The notes: generated from the sequence alone by a model not told the origin. Shown: positions 1 to 9,147, counted from the first letter of the stretch. The stretch is DNA of 53,229 bases from a virus (IMGVR_UViG_3300027690_000140:1-53229), one strand, 5' to 3'. Program-made: numbers and translations.

Positions 1-486
1 TTATGCAGTTAATTTTTTACTTTCAAGTTCTTCGCCGTCAGTTTTAACCGTTTGCGAACCCCACATTTTCCGGATTTCGTTAAGGTCATACCTGACTTTA
101 TTAAATTTTACATACGTTCCATGATGCCAGTACCATGCTATTTTACTACCGGAGAACTTAAATCCGATTTCTTTCAGGTATTCTTTGTACTGTTTTGTTT
201 CTCCGGTTAACCAAATCCAACTGCCTATAATCTCAATGTTTACACCTTTCAAGTTGAATACACGGGCAATCATTTCAGCAAATGGATAAATAGTATTCTC
301 TTCCTGTTTAGCCCTTTCCCCGGTATAGGAATTATTGATTAACTGCTTGGAGATTTTCTCATACAGGGTATTTATTTCCTGCATGGTGCGCAGGTCTCCA
401 CCTCTGTCTGGGTGATGAATGAGTGCAAGACGGTAATATTCCTTTCTTAACTCATTCAGGTCGGTAATGTTTACAAAGTATTTCAT
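1..486 (-). CDS. J-domain (DnaJ-like) protein
   Basis: N-terminal LRKEYYRLALIHHPDRGGD...MQEIN with the HPD motif. Confidence 0.85.
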   Translation of the reverse strand: MKYFVNITDLNELRKEYYRLALIHHPDRGGDLRTMQEINTLYEKISKQLINNSYTGERAKQEENTIYPFAEMIARVFNLKGVNIEIIGSWIWLTGETKQYKEYLKEIGFKFSGSKIAWYWHHGTYVKFNKVRYDLNEIRKMWGSQTVKTDGEELESKKLTA

Positions 487-866
487 AACATAGTCATTAC
501 CGTAAAACCATTCTTTTGGAAATATGCCCTGAACCTCTCCATGGTAGGGATTAGATAGAACTGAATTTGTTCTTCGATCTCTTTAACAGAAGTTTTGGCG
601 TTGATTATTTCGCCTTCTTCATCAGTTCCCGCAATAATAGCATTACCGGACAGTGGATAAACAAATCTGTCAAGCGTGAATCCGCCAACCTGATCTTTGA
701 GGTATCCTTCCTCGTCCACAAATATTGCATCCCTGTTTAATAAGGATACCGGACATTCAATCACTCTGCAATTTATCTGTTTATAAAATGCCTCGAGGGT
801 GTTCTCGATTTCGATTTCTTTTACCTGACGGTTTACTACGTCGATAAAAATTACTTTTACTTTCAT
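483..866 (-). CDS. DUF3846-like phage protein
   Basis: EIENTLEAFYKQI-C..IE...VDEEG..K...GNAIIAG.DEEGE pattern; leader motif upstream. Confidence 0.7.
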   Translation of the reverse strand: MKVKVIFIDVVNRQVKEIEIENTLEAFYKQINCRVIECPVSLLNRDAIFVDEEGYLKDQVGGFTLDRFVYPLSGNAIIAGTDEEGEIINAKTSVKEIEEQIQFYLIPTMERFRAYFQKNGFTVMTML

Positions 867-1033
867 GATTTGTGATTTTGGTAAAACAATTTGATAACTG
901 AAATAATCTCCTTCTTTGTAGGATTATTGCCGTATTGAAGGCGAACCTGTTCGGAAATAGCTTTTATATCATTTACACAGACAGGATCGTAACCGGCAAT
1001 GAGTTCTGATATTATCTTTCTGAACCTGTACAT
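863..1033 (-). CDS. Small hypothetical protein (56 aa, MYRFRKIISELIAG...YQNHKS), not in ORF track
   Basis: Hand-translated open frame fills the gap; its TGA overlaps the ATG of the 866 gene (ATGA coupling). Confidence 0.6.
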   Translation of the reverse strand: MYRFRKIISELIAGYDPVCVNDIKAISEQVRLQYGNNPTKKEIISVIKLFYQNHKS

Positions 1034-1224
1034 ACTGAGGTATAAAACCGTTCGACTTCTTCATCTATCATCTCAAGCAAGTCCTCGTAATGCAGTTCAT
1101 ATAAAGCATTTCCAAGTCCGTTTTTAAGATTGATAAAGATTCCTGATTCGTCACCAACCCGGTACTTTCTGTATGCAGCACATTCCTTTTCAATTCTGCG
1201 CATTATCCATGTCCTGAGTTCCAT
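1012..1224 (-). CDS. Hypothetical phage protein
   Basis: ORF in a tightly packed operon. Confidence 0.6.
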   Translation of the reverse strand: MELRTWIMRRIEKECAAYRKYRVGDESGIFINLKNGLGNALYELHYEDLLEMIDEEVERFYTSVCTGSER

Positions 1225-1420
1225 AATTCACGAATTTTGAAATGAATACTTCCCAAAGTTCCTCAGGATCAATTTCCTGAGTAGTGTCAGGGTAATGAAG
1301 TAAGAGATACTTAACAAACTTCAAACGATAACCTGTTTTAGAATTTGCAAAACCATTCCCGAGTTCCTGTTGGATATCGGAAAGATGGCTCAGAATTACT
1401 GTGCTTAGTTTAACTTTCAT
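1190..1420 (-). CDS. Hypothetical phage protein
   Basis: ORF preceded by the leader motif and a promoter. Confidence 0.75.
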   Translation of the reverse strand: MKVKLSTVILSHLSDIQQELGNGFANSKTGYRLKFVKYLLLHYPDTTQEIDPEELWEVFISKFVNYGTQDMDNAQN

Positions 1421-1448
1421 GATTAATGATTTTGGTTCTTAATTATAT

Positions 1449-1514
1449 TAAACTTACTCAATATAAATTAATTAAACAAGCGTTTTGCTGATCATTTATA
1501 TACTAATACGTATA
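1449..1514 (-). promoter_or_regulatory. Bacteroidota-type promoter (CTTG-N20-TAAGTTTA) plus upstream 16-bp box TATACTAATACGTATA (1499-1514)
   Basis: Matches -33/-7 consensus geometry; same layout at 2566, 7579 and 40937. Confidence 0.75.
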
Positions 1515-1522
1515 ATTATTCA

Positions 1523-2146
1523 CTATAGCTTGTTTTGATCTGTGTAAGAATAAAATGTATTATCGGCAATAATGATATGGTCAAGCACCTGAACATCCAA
1601 TAAGCTGAGTCCGGTTTTGAACTTCGAGGTTATCAGATTGTCAGCTTCCGAAGGATTTTCATTTCCACTGGGGTGGTTATGTACCAATATAACTGAGGAG
1701 GCAAGAAGTTCAATTGCACGTTTGGCAATCAGCTTTACATCAACGACAGTTCCGGAAACACCTCCCTGGCTGATTCTTTTGAATTCTAATACCTTGTTGT
1801 TTCGGTTCAGGTACATCGCCCAGAATTCCTCGTGCTGAAGATCCGCCAGTACCGGTTGCATCATTTCAAAGGCATCTTTGCTCGCTGTGATTCTTTTCTT
1901 GTTTAAAGCTTCCCTGTGTTGCCTTCTTCTTCCTATTTCAATGATTGCCATTAGACGGCATGCTTGCGCCCGGGAAAGTCCGGAATCTACCAATGACTGG
2001 TAGTCCATTTTAGCTACATCCGGTAATCCTTTGTTTAGAATTGCTTCCGCTGCTTTGTCGGAGTTTTTCCCTCCAACAACGAATGAAACCAGTTCCTTGT
2101 CGGATACATAGTCCATTCCTTTTTCCATAAATTTTCTGTATTCCAT
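1523..2146 (-). CDS. radC: RadC family JAB/MPN protein
   Basis: HNHPSGNENPSEAD and VLDHIII JAB motifs, EEFW motif. Confidence 0.95.
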   Translation of the reverse strand: MEYRKFMEKGMDYVSDKELVSFVVGGKNSDKAAEAILNKGLPDVAKMDYQSLVDSGLSRAQACRLMAIIEIGRRRQHREALNKKRITASKDAFEMMQPVLADLQHEEFWAMYLNRNNKVLEFKRISQGGVSGTVVDVKLIAKRAIELLASSVILVHNHPSGNENPSEADNLITSKFKTGLSLLDVQVLDHIIIADNTFYSYTDQNKL

Positions 2147-2233
2147 GATTGATGATTTTGGTTTAAGCGGATAGGAGGGAAGTTACTCCCTCCGCAGCCG
2201 GGATTCTCGGCTTACTCCCTTGCACCCGTTTTG

Positions 2234-2536
2234 CTATTCAACGTAAGGCTCAAACTGAGTTAATAAGCTTCCGCTTGACTCAACCGACAACAGGTATCCG
2301 AATTCTTTGGGATTTCTAACTGCATCAGTAATCTGAGGTATAATGAAACCTTTCTTGAATATTTCTACCTGTTCTTTTGTAAGGATATTTGATACATCAG
2401 GATCATCTGAGGTTTCAATTCCGACCATTTCATCAGCCAGTTGAAGAAGTCTGTTTTTAAGTACATAAGCGTTTCTGTTATTTTGATAGTTAATAAACGC
2501 CTTTTTTGCTTCGGAGTAAATCTGTTGAATTGTCAT
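2234..2536 (-). CDS. Hypothetical phage protein
   Basis: ORF with a degenerate leader motif and a promoter. Confidence 0.7.
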   Translation of the reverse strand: MTIQQIYSEAKKAFINYQNNRNAYVLKNRLLQLADEMVGIETSDDPDVSNILTKEQVEIFKKGFIIPQITDAVRNPKEFGYLLSVESSGSLLTQFEPYVE

Positions 2537-2565
2537 GATTTTATGGTTTTGATTGTTTTATGTAT

Positions 2566-2630
2566 CTAACTTACACATAATAAATGAAATATGCAAGCTC
2601 CGAACCAAAACATTTATACTAAAAGGGATA
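2566..2630 (-). promoter_or_regulatory. Promoter (CTTG-N20-TAAGTTAG) plus 16-bp box TATACTAAAAGGGATA (2615-2630)
   Basis: Same geometry as the promoters at 1449, 7579 and 40937. Confidence 0.7.
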
Positions 2631-2895
2631 AAAAATGAAATATTTTTCTGGATGAAAAGAGGAAATTAGAGATTACAAACAAAGTGAATTCATGTTTTTG
2701 TTATTATATTGTTTAATTTTTTTGGAATAATTATTAATAAAGTTGCTTTGATTATTAAAAAAGTTGCTTTAATTTTATTAATGAAATGTAATCTACCAAG
2801 AACGATTTAACAAATATTTAGACTGCACTTCATAAAATAAGTATTCTATGGGATATTTCAAGTAGATATTAAGTTTAACCATAAAACAAATAACA

Positions 2896-3027
2896 ATGAC
2901 AAAACTGCAAAAACAGATTAGACATCGCGATGCTGGAACAGGGAAATATGTTACAGAAGAATACGCGAAAAGGCATCCCAAAACAACAGTTAAAGAAACT
3001 GACAAGATAAAAAGGAGAACGAAATAA
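2896..3027 (+). CDS. Small basic 43-aa protein (RDAGTGKYVTEEYAKRHPKTTVKE family), not in ORF track
   Basis: Hand-translated MTKLQKQIRHRDAGTGKYVTEEYAKRHPKTTVKETDKIKRRTK; A-rich leader; recognisable conserved small-protein motif. Confidence 0.7.
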   Translation: MTKLQKQIRHRDAGTGKYVTEEYAKRHPKTTVKETDKIKRRTK

Positions 3028-3121
3028 GATCAATACAAGAAATATGAATAAAGGTTCAAAAAAAGGAGCTATACATTGGTAGTTTCAGAATTTTTAATAT
3101 TTCAAATTACTTAAAAAGATA

Positions 3122-3952
3122 ATGAATTTCTTATTTTGGAATTTAAACAAGAAAAAAATCGGGAAATATATAAGCGATTTATGTGAGGATTATAATATTG
3201 ATATCCTAATAGTTGCAGAATCTTCTTATATTGGAAGTGAATTGTTAATAGAGCTTAATAAGGATAAGGTAGAGTTCTTTCCTCAAAATCCAATAAGTCA
3301 ATGCAAGAAGATACAAATATATACAAGATTTCATTATGATTTTATTGCCCCAATTTTTGAAGAAAACAGATTAACAATTAGAGAATTAACTCTACCTTAC
3401 GTGGATAAAATATTAATTACAGCAATTCATTATTTTGATAAATATAATCATTCTGATGAAAGTCAATCTGAAGAAGCTAGTATTATAATTAAAAAAATAG
3501 AAGAAGTTGAAAATAATTATAATAATACAAAAAATTTAATTGTTGGAGATTTTAATATGAATCCTTTTGAAAAACCGTTAATTAAAGCTAATGGATTTAA
3601 TGCTACAATGTCCAGTAAAATAGCTTCACAGGAAATTAAAACAGTACAAGGAAATCAATTTAAGTACTTTTACAATCCTATGTGGAGCCTATTTGGAGAC
3701 TTGTATTCATGCCCGGAAGGAACTTATTATTATAAACATGCTGAATATATAAATTATCAATGGAATATTTTTGATCAAGTATTACTTAGACCAGAATTAA
3801 TAAATTACTTTAACAAAAAAAGTTTAAAAATCATATCAAAAATTGGAAAAAAGAATATACTTCTTGATCAAAATCATATTCCTAATAAAAATGATTTTTC
3901 TGATCATTTACCTATAACTTTTTCACTTAATTTGATTAATAATAAAAATTAA
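3122..3952 (+). CDS. Endonuclease/exonuclease/phosphatase (EEP) family protein
   Basis: FWN, AE, GDFN, FDQV and SDHLP catalytic motifs. Confidence 0.9.
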   Translation: MNFLFWNLNKKKIGKYISDLCEDYNIDILIVAESSYIGSELLIELNKDKVEFFPQNPISQCKKIQIYTRFHYDFIAPIFEENRLTIRELTLPYVDKILITAIHYFDKYNHSDESQSEEASIIIKKIEEVENNYNNTKNLIVGDFNMNPFEKPLIKANGFNATMSSKIASQEIKTVQGNQFKYFYNPMWSLFGDLYSCPEGTYYYKHAEYINYQWNIFDQVLLRPELINYFNKKSLKIISKIGKKNILLDQNHIPNKNDFSDHLPITFSLNLINNKN

Positions 3953-3957
3953 ATAAT

Positions 3958-4341
3958 ATGTCAGCAACCAAAAATTTATGGCCGGAATTCAAACCGGAAA
4001 AATTAGTGAGTCCTAAAACACTAATGATTGAACAAGCCAATTTTTTAAGTGAATCAACTAAAAAGGTACTTATTGGAGAGGTCTCTTCTAACAATATACC
4101 TGGGAAAAAAGATCAAATTGTACATACGTTTAAAATAGTTGCTCCAACATTAAATAATTATAAATTTGCTCTCTTCACTGTACAGCATGGTTTAATGTTT
4201 TATCCTTTATCAATCATCTTTCAAGGAAAGAGAGAAATTTTAAATGAGGAGAATGCATTAATTAATAAGATGCGAGAAATATTTAATGACGAACACGCAC
4301 AAAGAATAGTACAATCGTTATACTCACAAAGTATATCATAA
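3958..4341 (+). CDS. Hypothetical protein, operon partner of the EEP nuclease
   Basis: Starts 5 bp after the EEP gene on the same strand, similar AT-rich composition. Confidence 0.8.
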   Translation: MSATKNLWPEFKPEKLVSPKTLMIEQANFLSESTKKVLIGEVSSNNIPGKKDQIVHTFKIVAPTLNNYKFALFTVQHGLMFYPLSIIFQGKREILNEENALINKMREIFNDEHAQRIVQSLYSQSIS

Positions 4342-4342
4342 A

Positions 4343-4376
4343 AAACGAACAGACAATATTTTTATCTGCCCGTTTC
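4343..4376. terminator. Probable terminator hairpin between convergent genes
   Basis: AAACGAACAGA...TCTGCCCGTTT imperfect inverted repeat with a flanking A-run. Confidence 0.45.
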
Positions 4377-4391
4377 CTGATATATTGATTG

Positions 4392-5135
4392 TTAATTTTG
4401 GTTATGCCCCGTGATGTTCTGCCGGTAACAGTTCTTTATAACGCTATGAACAAATTCCCGGCCTTTCTCTGTCCAGTAAGTATGAATTGCAGTATGCTGA
4501 TTTCCTTCATAATCTGTGTACGTGGTTGTTTTTGTACTGATATATCCCTTGTCCTGATACCTGTGGTATAACACCCATGTATTCCCGCTCCGGTAAATGA
4601 CATTCAGTTTATGTAAAATCCGGTTCAGGCTGACTGCACTCATTCCGAGTTCTTTTGCAATGACATTCGTCGCAATAAGGCTTTCGCTTTGCAGGACATC
4701 ATCGTAATATTCAACTTTCGGTGCAACAAGCATCAATTGTTGTTTAGAGAGTTGCAATTGCATTTCCAAGGCTTTAGTCCGGTTTGCAAGGATTTCATTT
4801 GCCCTGCAAAGAATAAAATCCTCATTTCTCAATAGTGCTTCCCGCCGGTTAAATTCTTTGATGAACATTTCTTTAAATCTGGCTGCCTTTTCTCCGGTGT
4901 ATCCCATGACTAAGAAGGAGAAACCGTCTTTGGTCATTTCGAATGCAGTTTGTTCCCGGTTTCTGGAATCATAATAAGAAATAACGCCAAAATTGGCGGT
5001 ATTAAATTCCTGCGAACAATCAAGGTTTTTTATATCACGACAAACCTTATCATGATCTTTCTCGAAAACTTCGGCAACCATAATTGATGTGGTTACGTCG
5101 TTTCCTTTGCTGTTGGTGAATACTAACTCTTTCAT
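4392..5135 (-). CDS. rha: Rha family / KilAC(ANT) phage antirepressor
   Basis: TTS..VAEVFEK.H..V.RDI and MTKDGFSFLVMGYTGEKAA.FK (Rha), plus C-terminal PKVEYYD...IAKELGMSA...WTEKGREF (ANT). Confidence 0.93.
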   Translation of the reverse strand: MKELVFTNSKGNDVTTSIMVAEVFEKDHDKVCRDIKNLDCSQEFNTANFGVISYYDSRNREQTAFEMTKDGFSFLVMGYTGEKAARFKEMFIKEFNRREALLRNEDFILCRANEILANRTKALEMQLQLSKQQLMLVAPKVEYYDDVLQSESLIATNVIAKELGMSAVSLNRILHKLNVIYRSGNTWVLYHRYQDKGYISTKTTTYTDYEGNQHTAIHTYWTEKGREFVHSVIKNCYRQNITGHNQN

Positions 5136-5386
5136 GCCACTGCCCTTTCATGCTTTAAGGTTTGCGCCTTTTTCAAGGCTTCTGACAACACCTGATAGGT
5201 ACAATAAACTGCCTTGACAAATTCGTCATTCTTGCAGCATTTTGAGAGAAAGTAAACATCCATTAACTCCCTGAGGTTATTCAGGGTGACTGCCGGATCA
5301 TCCCATGCTAAAATTTCGTTGATGATTTCTTCAGCCGTGACTGGCTTAGTTTGCGTTACATTGAAATTCTTTTCGCTTTTGCTCAT
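5132..5386 (-). CDS. Small protein upstream of the antirepressor (icd-like position)
   Basis: ATGA overlap with rha; its start region is the target of an upstream antisense segment. Confidence 0.75.
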   Translation of the reverse strand: MSKSEKNFNVTQTKPVTAEEIINEILAWDDPAVTLNNLRELMDVYFLSKCCKNDEFVKAVYCTYQVLSEALKKAQTLKHERAVA

Positions 5387-5413
5387 TTTTTGAAAAGTAT
5401 TGATTTAACAAAT

Positions 5414-5487
5414 GGGGGAGGTCACCGAGCAAAAGCGAACCATTAATTTGATAGGTTGAAGGGACTTGCACCCTTTTGCCTCCCCTT
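5414..5487 (-). ncRNA. C4/CI-like antisense RNA element
   Basis: Closing stem GGGGAGG/CCTCCCC, internal AAGGG/CCCTT hairpin, and a 13-nt segment (5427-5439) perfectly complementary to 5372-5384 at the start of the downstream gene. Confidence 0.65.
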
Positions 5488-5540
5488 AATTGTTTTAACC
5501 TAAGTTTGATTGAGTATTTCATGGTTTATTTTGCTCATTT

Positions 5541-5571
5541 CAAACTTAGGAAAAAATATTGATATAACAAA
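5541..5571 (-). promoter_or_regulatory. Consensus Bacteroidota promoter TTTG-N19-TAAGTTTG for the antirepressor operon
   Basis: Exact TAnnTTTG and TTTG boxes. Confidence 0.75.
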
Positions 5572-5650
5572 TAGATAATCAGCATATTAACAAAACATTT
5601 TACTGATTTTTTCAATGAACTTACACAAATTTAAGAAATAATTTGGAAAT

Positions 5651-5682
5651 AAAAGGGGTCTGCTCAATTTTGCGCAAACCCC
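5651..5682 (-). terminator. Intrinsic terminator
   Basis: GGGGTCTGC/GCAAACCCC stem followed by a U-tract on the minus strand. Confidence 0.6.
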
Positions 5683-5705
5683 CGAGCGGACAACCAAGCA
5701 CAAAC

Positions 5706-7010
5706 CTACAAATTATAGGCATTAACGAGTTTCATGTAATTTATCAGTTCATTGATGGAGGCTGTCTGAAAACCACGTGTGCAGTCCCCAGAACCGTGTT
5801 TTAAGTGGATATATTCTTCAATGATTGTATTTAGGGTTTCATGCTTTCCTTTATCTAAGCTGTTTACCCCAAGAAGGATGGTTTCCTTCTCGATGCTACC
5901 CAGGATTTCAGGTTCGCCAAACCGGACAACTTTAATTGGGTAGGGGATTTCAAAACGGCATTCTTTCAAAAAGGATTAGATTTCTTTTAATGTCTGGGCT
6001 TGCAGGGGAGTTAATTGTACTTCCTGATAAATATGTCCTCTTTCACTGATAACAAAATTCCCGGACTGTACATGATTTCCTTTTAACGCCACCAGTGCAT
6101 GATATAACCGGGTGGGCAGAAATAAAGTCTTTGGTCTTTCTTCATCTGAAACATATCCGGCAAGGGTTTTCGGACAAATTCTCTTTCCTGAGATAGCCTC
6201 AGACCAGCTTTCGTCATTCAAATCTGTGTAGGATAATGATAAACAGGAATTATCCATCCGACTTTCCAAAAAGGAATCATCTGTCAGGTTTCCTACAAGA
6301 TGCCTGAGTATTTTCGGGTCATTACAACTATATAACAGTTTCCAGATTTCCTCGTTCAGCTCCCACTGGTATTTGATTAGCCTGTCCTCGTTTATGTCAA
6401 CATGAAACAAATCATAATCAAATACACTGTTCAGGTCGGTTTCATAGCACCGAATGCCTTTCCGGTAAATACAGGCTTTGCTTCCATGCTTTTTGTAAAT
6501 CCTGCCCCTTTCGTTTTCATACAACACCGTTTTATTCATGGCGAAATAATCATCCAGGGTGAACATAAACTGTTCAAGTTCATCATTCATCTGAATGATA
6601 ATTGTGGTTTTTTCTGTATCAATAAGATCAGCAAGCTGGGTTTCGGTGACAACTTCGAACATGACTAATCCCTCGTCCACTGCGTTGGAGTATAATTCCC
6701 GAATGGACTGCCAGAGTGTCCAGTCTTTACCCATGGAAGTGGTGATGGAAGTTTCCCTGCCTTCAATTTTCAGGACATTGAATTCTTTTCCCCGGAGCGT
6801 ATTAACAACGGTTTCGATTTTCAGCTTTCTTGGTCCTGACATAATATGAAGATCATAACCGTTTCGGACTAAGTAAGCTAATGCATACTTGTTTCCAGAA
6901 CCGAACATTCCGATTTTTGCAGGATCATCTGCTTTTGTGCTTGCGCCTATCAGCGTTAATGCTGCGGGCTCAAGAATGCCTTCATTAGCAATTATTAAAT
7001 ACTTTTTCAT
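5706..7010 (-). pseudogene. Permuted GHKL/HATPase-like protein with a C-terminal HExxH-like motif, split by an in-frame TAA at 5976-5978
   Basis: ORFs 5976-7010 and 5706-5969 are in the same frame (…KEI*SFLKECRF…); motifs NEG, IGMFGSG, IRELYSNAVDE and EEYIH; likely start at 7010 right after the leader motif. Confidence 0.7.
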
Positions 7011-7079
7011 GATTAATGATTTTGGTTTGATATAGACCCTCCGGAGAGGGTTTCTGCTATTCAAGCGTCGTCGGTATAC

Positions 7080-7550
7080 CTATGATAATACCTCAATCAC
7101 ATCCTTTGCAACATGGCATTCATTGATACATACCTCTGCGAATCGGCAAGCAACTTCTTCTGCTTCTTCCATTGTTCCAAACTGAGGACTTCTCAAACTG
7201 TCATAATCTACTTCAATATTAAGTTTGCGTCCTTCAAATTGCGCAAAACCTTCCTTCATCTTTTCATCAAAGAAAGTGCAGGGTTGTAAATAAAATCTTT
7301 TCATTCTTTCAGCCAATACTGTCAATTTGCGAACATTCTCCTTTTCATCCATTCTGTATATTTCGGGATTGTAGTTATACTCTACTGCTACTTCATATCC
7401 TGAATTCCATGTTTTGAATTGAATTTCAACATTATTGATTAATCCGGTTTTTTCAAGAGCTTCCCATACATTGGTGAAATAGGGAAGAATTTTTTCAATT
7501 GCATCCAGGCAAATCTGCTGTGCTTTTACTGTTGTTTTTACTGTTTTCAT
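7080..7550 (-). CDS. Hypothetical phage protein
   Basis: ORF with leader motif and promoter. Confidence 0.8.
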   Translation of the reverse strand: MKTVKTTVKAQQICLDAIEKILPYFTNVWEALEKTGLINNVEIQFKTWNSGYEVAVEYNYNPEIYRMDEKENVRKLTVLAERMKRFYLQPCTFFDEKMKEGFAQFEGRKLNIEVDYDSLRSPQFGTMEEAEEVACRFAEVCINECHVAKDVIEVLS

Positions 7551-7578
7551 AATTTTGTGATTTTGGTTGTTATTGATA

Positions 7579-7643
7579 TAAACTTACTCATAATAAATGA
7601 ATTGTGCAAGCTTGTTGATCAAAAAAATATACTAAATGGGATA
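7579..7643 (-). promoter_or_regulatory. Promoter (CTTG-N20-TAAGTTTA) plus 16-bp box TATACTAAATGGGATA (7628-7643)
   Basis: Same geometry as the promoters at 1449, 2566 and 40937. Confidence 0.75.
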
Positions 7644-7926
7644 AATTTTTAAAAGATTGAGAAAAAGCGGATAATGAAAATTGATAAGTGTTTTTGAATA
7701 TTAGGAAATATGGTTTAATTTTATTTAGTGATTCTATTGGATCTTGGCAATTATTTTAAAATACCGAATAAAAAAGTAACAAAATTTAGTTTATATACAA
7801 TTATTGACCATAAACAATACAGAGTAAATAGAAATAGATAATTTAATAAAAACATTTCTTGTAAATAATTGACAGGACAAGTAAGCCAAAAATCCTTGAG
7901 AGTAGGTAATAATTAAATTAATTAAA

Positions 7927-8466
7927 ATGAGAAAAATAATTTTAATTTTTATCACACTGATAGTCTTCAGTAGTAGTCTTTTTTCGCAAGAATTAGTACT
8001 AAAACAGGCTGATTTAAATGCAGAGAAACGTCCTGCGGGAGAATTTACCAGTTATGAAAGTAAGGACGGTTCTGTTTATAAGATTGGAGACAAAATTACA
8101 ATTGGTGTTCCTTCTTCAAATAAAACATTTGCATTTATAACAGAAGGCGATGGTTTAATAATTCCAATTACTCAATTATTAGCAAGTGCAAGTGGTCAAC
8201 AGGTTGAAATAAAAAGGATTGATGTTGTAGGTAGTAAAAGAACTGGTTTTTTAGCTTCATTAAGATGTAAAGGACTAACTGGATTATCTAACTATAGCAT
8301 ACAACTTGAAAATGCTATTTCCGTTGGCGAAGTAAAGTCTTTTGGAATGACAAGTGATGAAGCTCTTACTGAACTTAAAAAAGCAAAGGATAAGTTAGAT
8401 TTAGAGATAATAACACAAGAAGAGTATGATAAAATTAAGGCTGATTTGATGAAGTATATAAAATAA
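7927..8466 (+). CDS. Exported protein with C-terminal SHOCT domain (moron)
   Basis: Signal peptide ending SLFSQ; C-terminal ELKKAKDKLDLEIITQEEYDKIKADL. Confidence 0.8.
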   Translation: MRKIILIFITLIVFSSSLFSQELVLKQADLNAEKRPAGEFTSYESKDGSVYKIGDKITIGVPSSNKTFAFITEGDGLIIPITQLLASASGQQVEIKRIDVVGSKRTGFLASLRCKGLTGLSNYSIQLENAISVGEVKSFGMTSDEALTELKKAKDKLDLEIITQEEYDKIKADLMKYIK

Positions 8467-8750
8467 CAGCCCATAATAAATAGGACTCTGAGCGGTCTGC
8501 AAGACTCAGCGAAGAGTATATACTGAACAACATCCCGATCAATTTCAGGATAATTTTTATTCTAAGCTGTATAGTCAATAATGGTTTTAGTGGTTTGCAA
8601 AAGTATAAAGCTCGTAAAAAAAGTCAGTGTAAATTGATAGGAAACGGCTTCGAAATCTCTTACTCGTCATACCACCGAATGTTAAACTACATCCAGTATT
8701 CTACAGGCATACCAGATTTTCACCCCCAAAAAATGTAACATTATCAAAAA

Positions 8751-8786
8751 AAACGAGTATAATAGAATAATTCTATATACTCGTTT
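8751..8786. repeat. Near-perfect inverted repeat / hairpin
   Basis: AAACGAGTAT(A)ATAGAA-TAA-TTCTATATACTCGTTT. Confidence 0.7.
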
Positions 8787-9113
8787 CTTAAATTTCATGA
8801 AATAAAGAAAGGGGAGGAGTGTATAAACAAATACTGACTTATATTTGGATAATTACGCACTAAATGTTGAAGAAAGCATTTTCAGCATCCTCCCCCTATT
8901 TTTTTAAATCTCTTTCCTGTATATTAACAACTATTTTTATAAAATCTGGTAATTCATTTAAATAATTGATATTCAATAATTTTAGAATTACACTTAATTC
9001 AAAGCTAATAAAAACATTGCTTTTGACTAAATTATTGCTCATCTTTTTAATGAATTTTCATCAAAATATGTTTCCAGAATTTTTAATTATATAATTATCA
9101 GCTACTTGTGTGG

Positions 9114-9147
9114 AAAATAAAAAATGCCCCGGTAATCAGCCGGGGCA
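9114..9147 (-). terminator. Intrinsic terminator ending the sRNA and probably the late transcript
   Basis: Perfect 8-bp stem TGCCCCGG/CCGGGGCA followed by TTTTTTATTTT on the minus strand. Confidence 0.85.

Noticed and set aside
2793-3005. Minus-strand 70-aa ORF in the track
   Set aside because: Overlaps the better-supported plus-strand 43-aa ORF at 2896-3027
5976-5978. In-frame TAA as evidence of an alternative genetic code
   Set aside because: Many genes here end normally at TAA, TAG and TGA; this is a single isolated case
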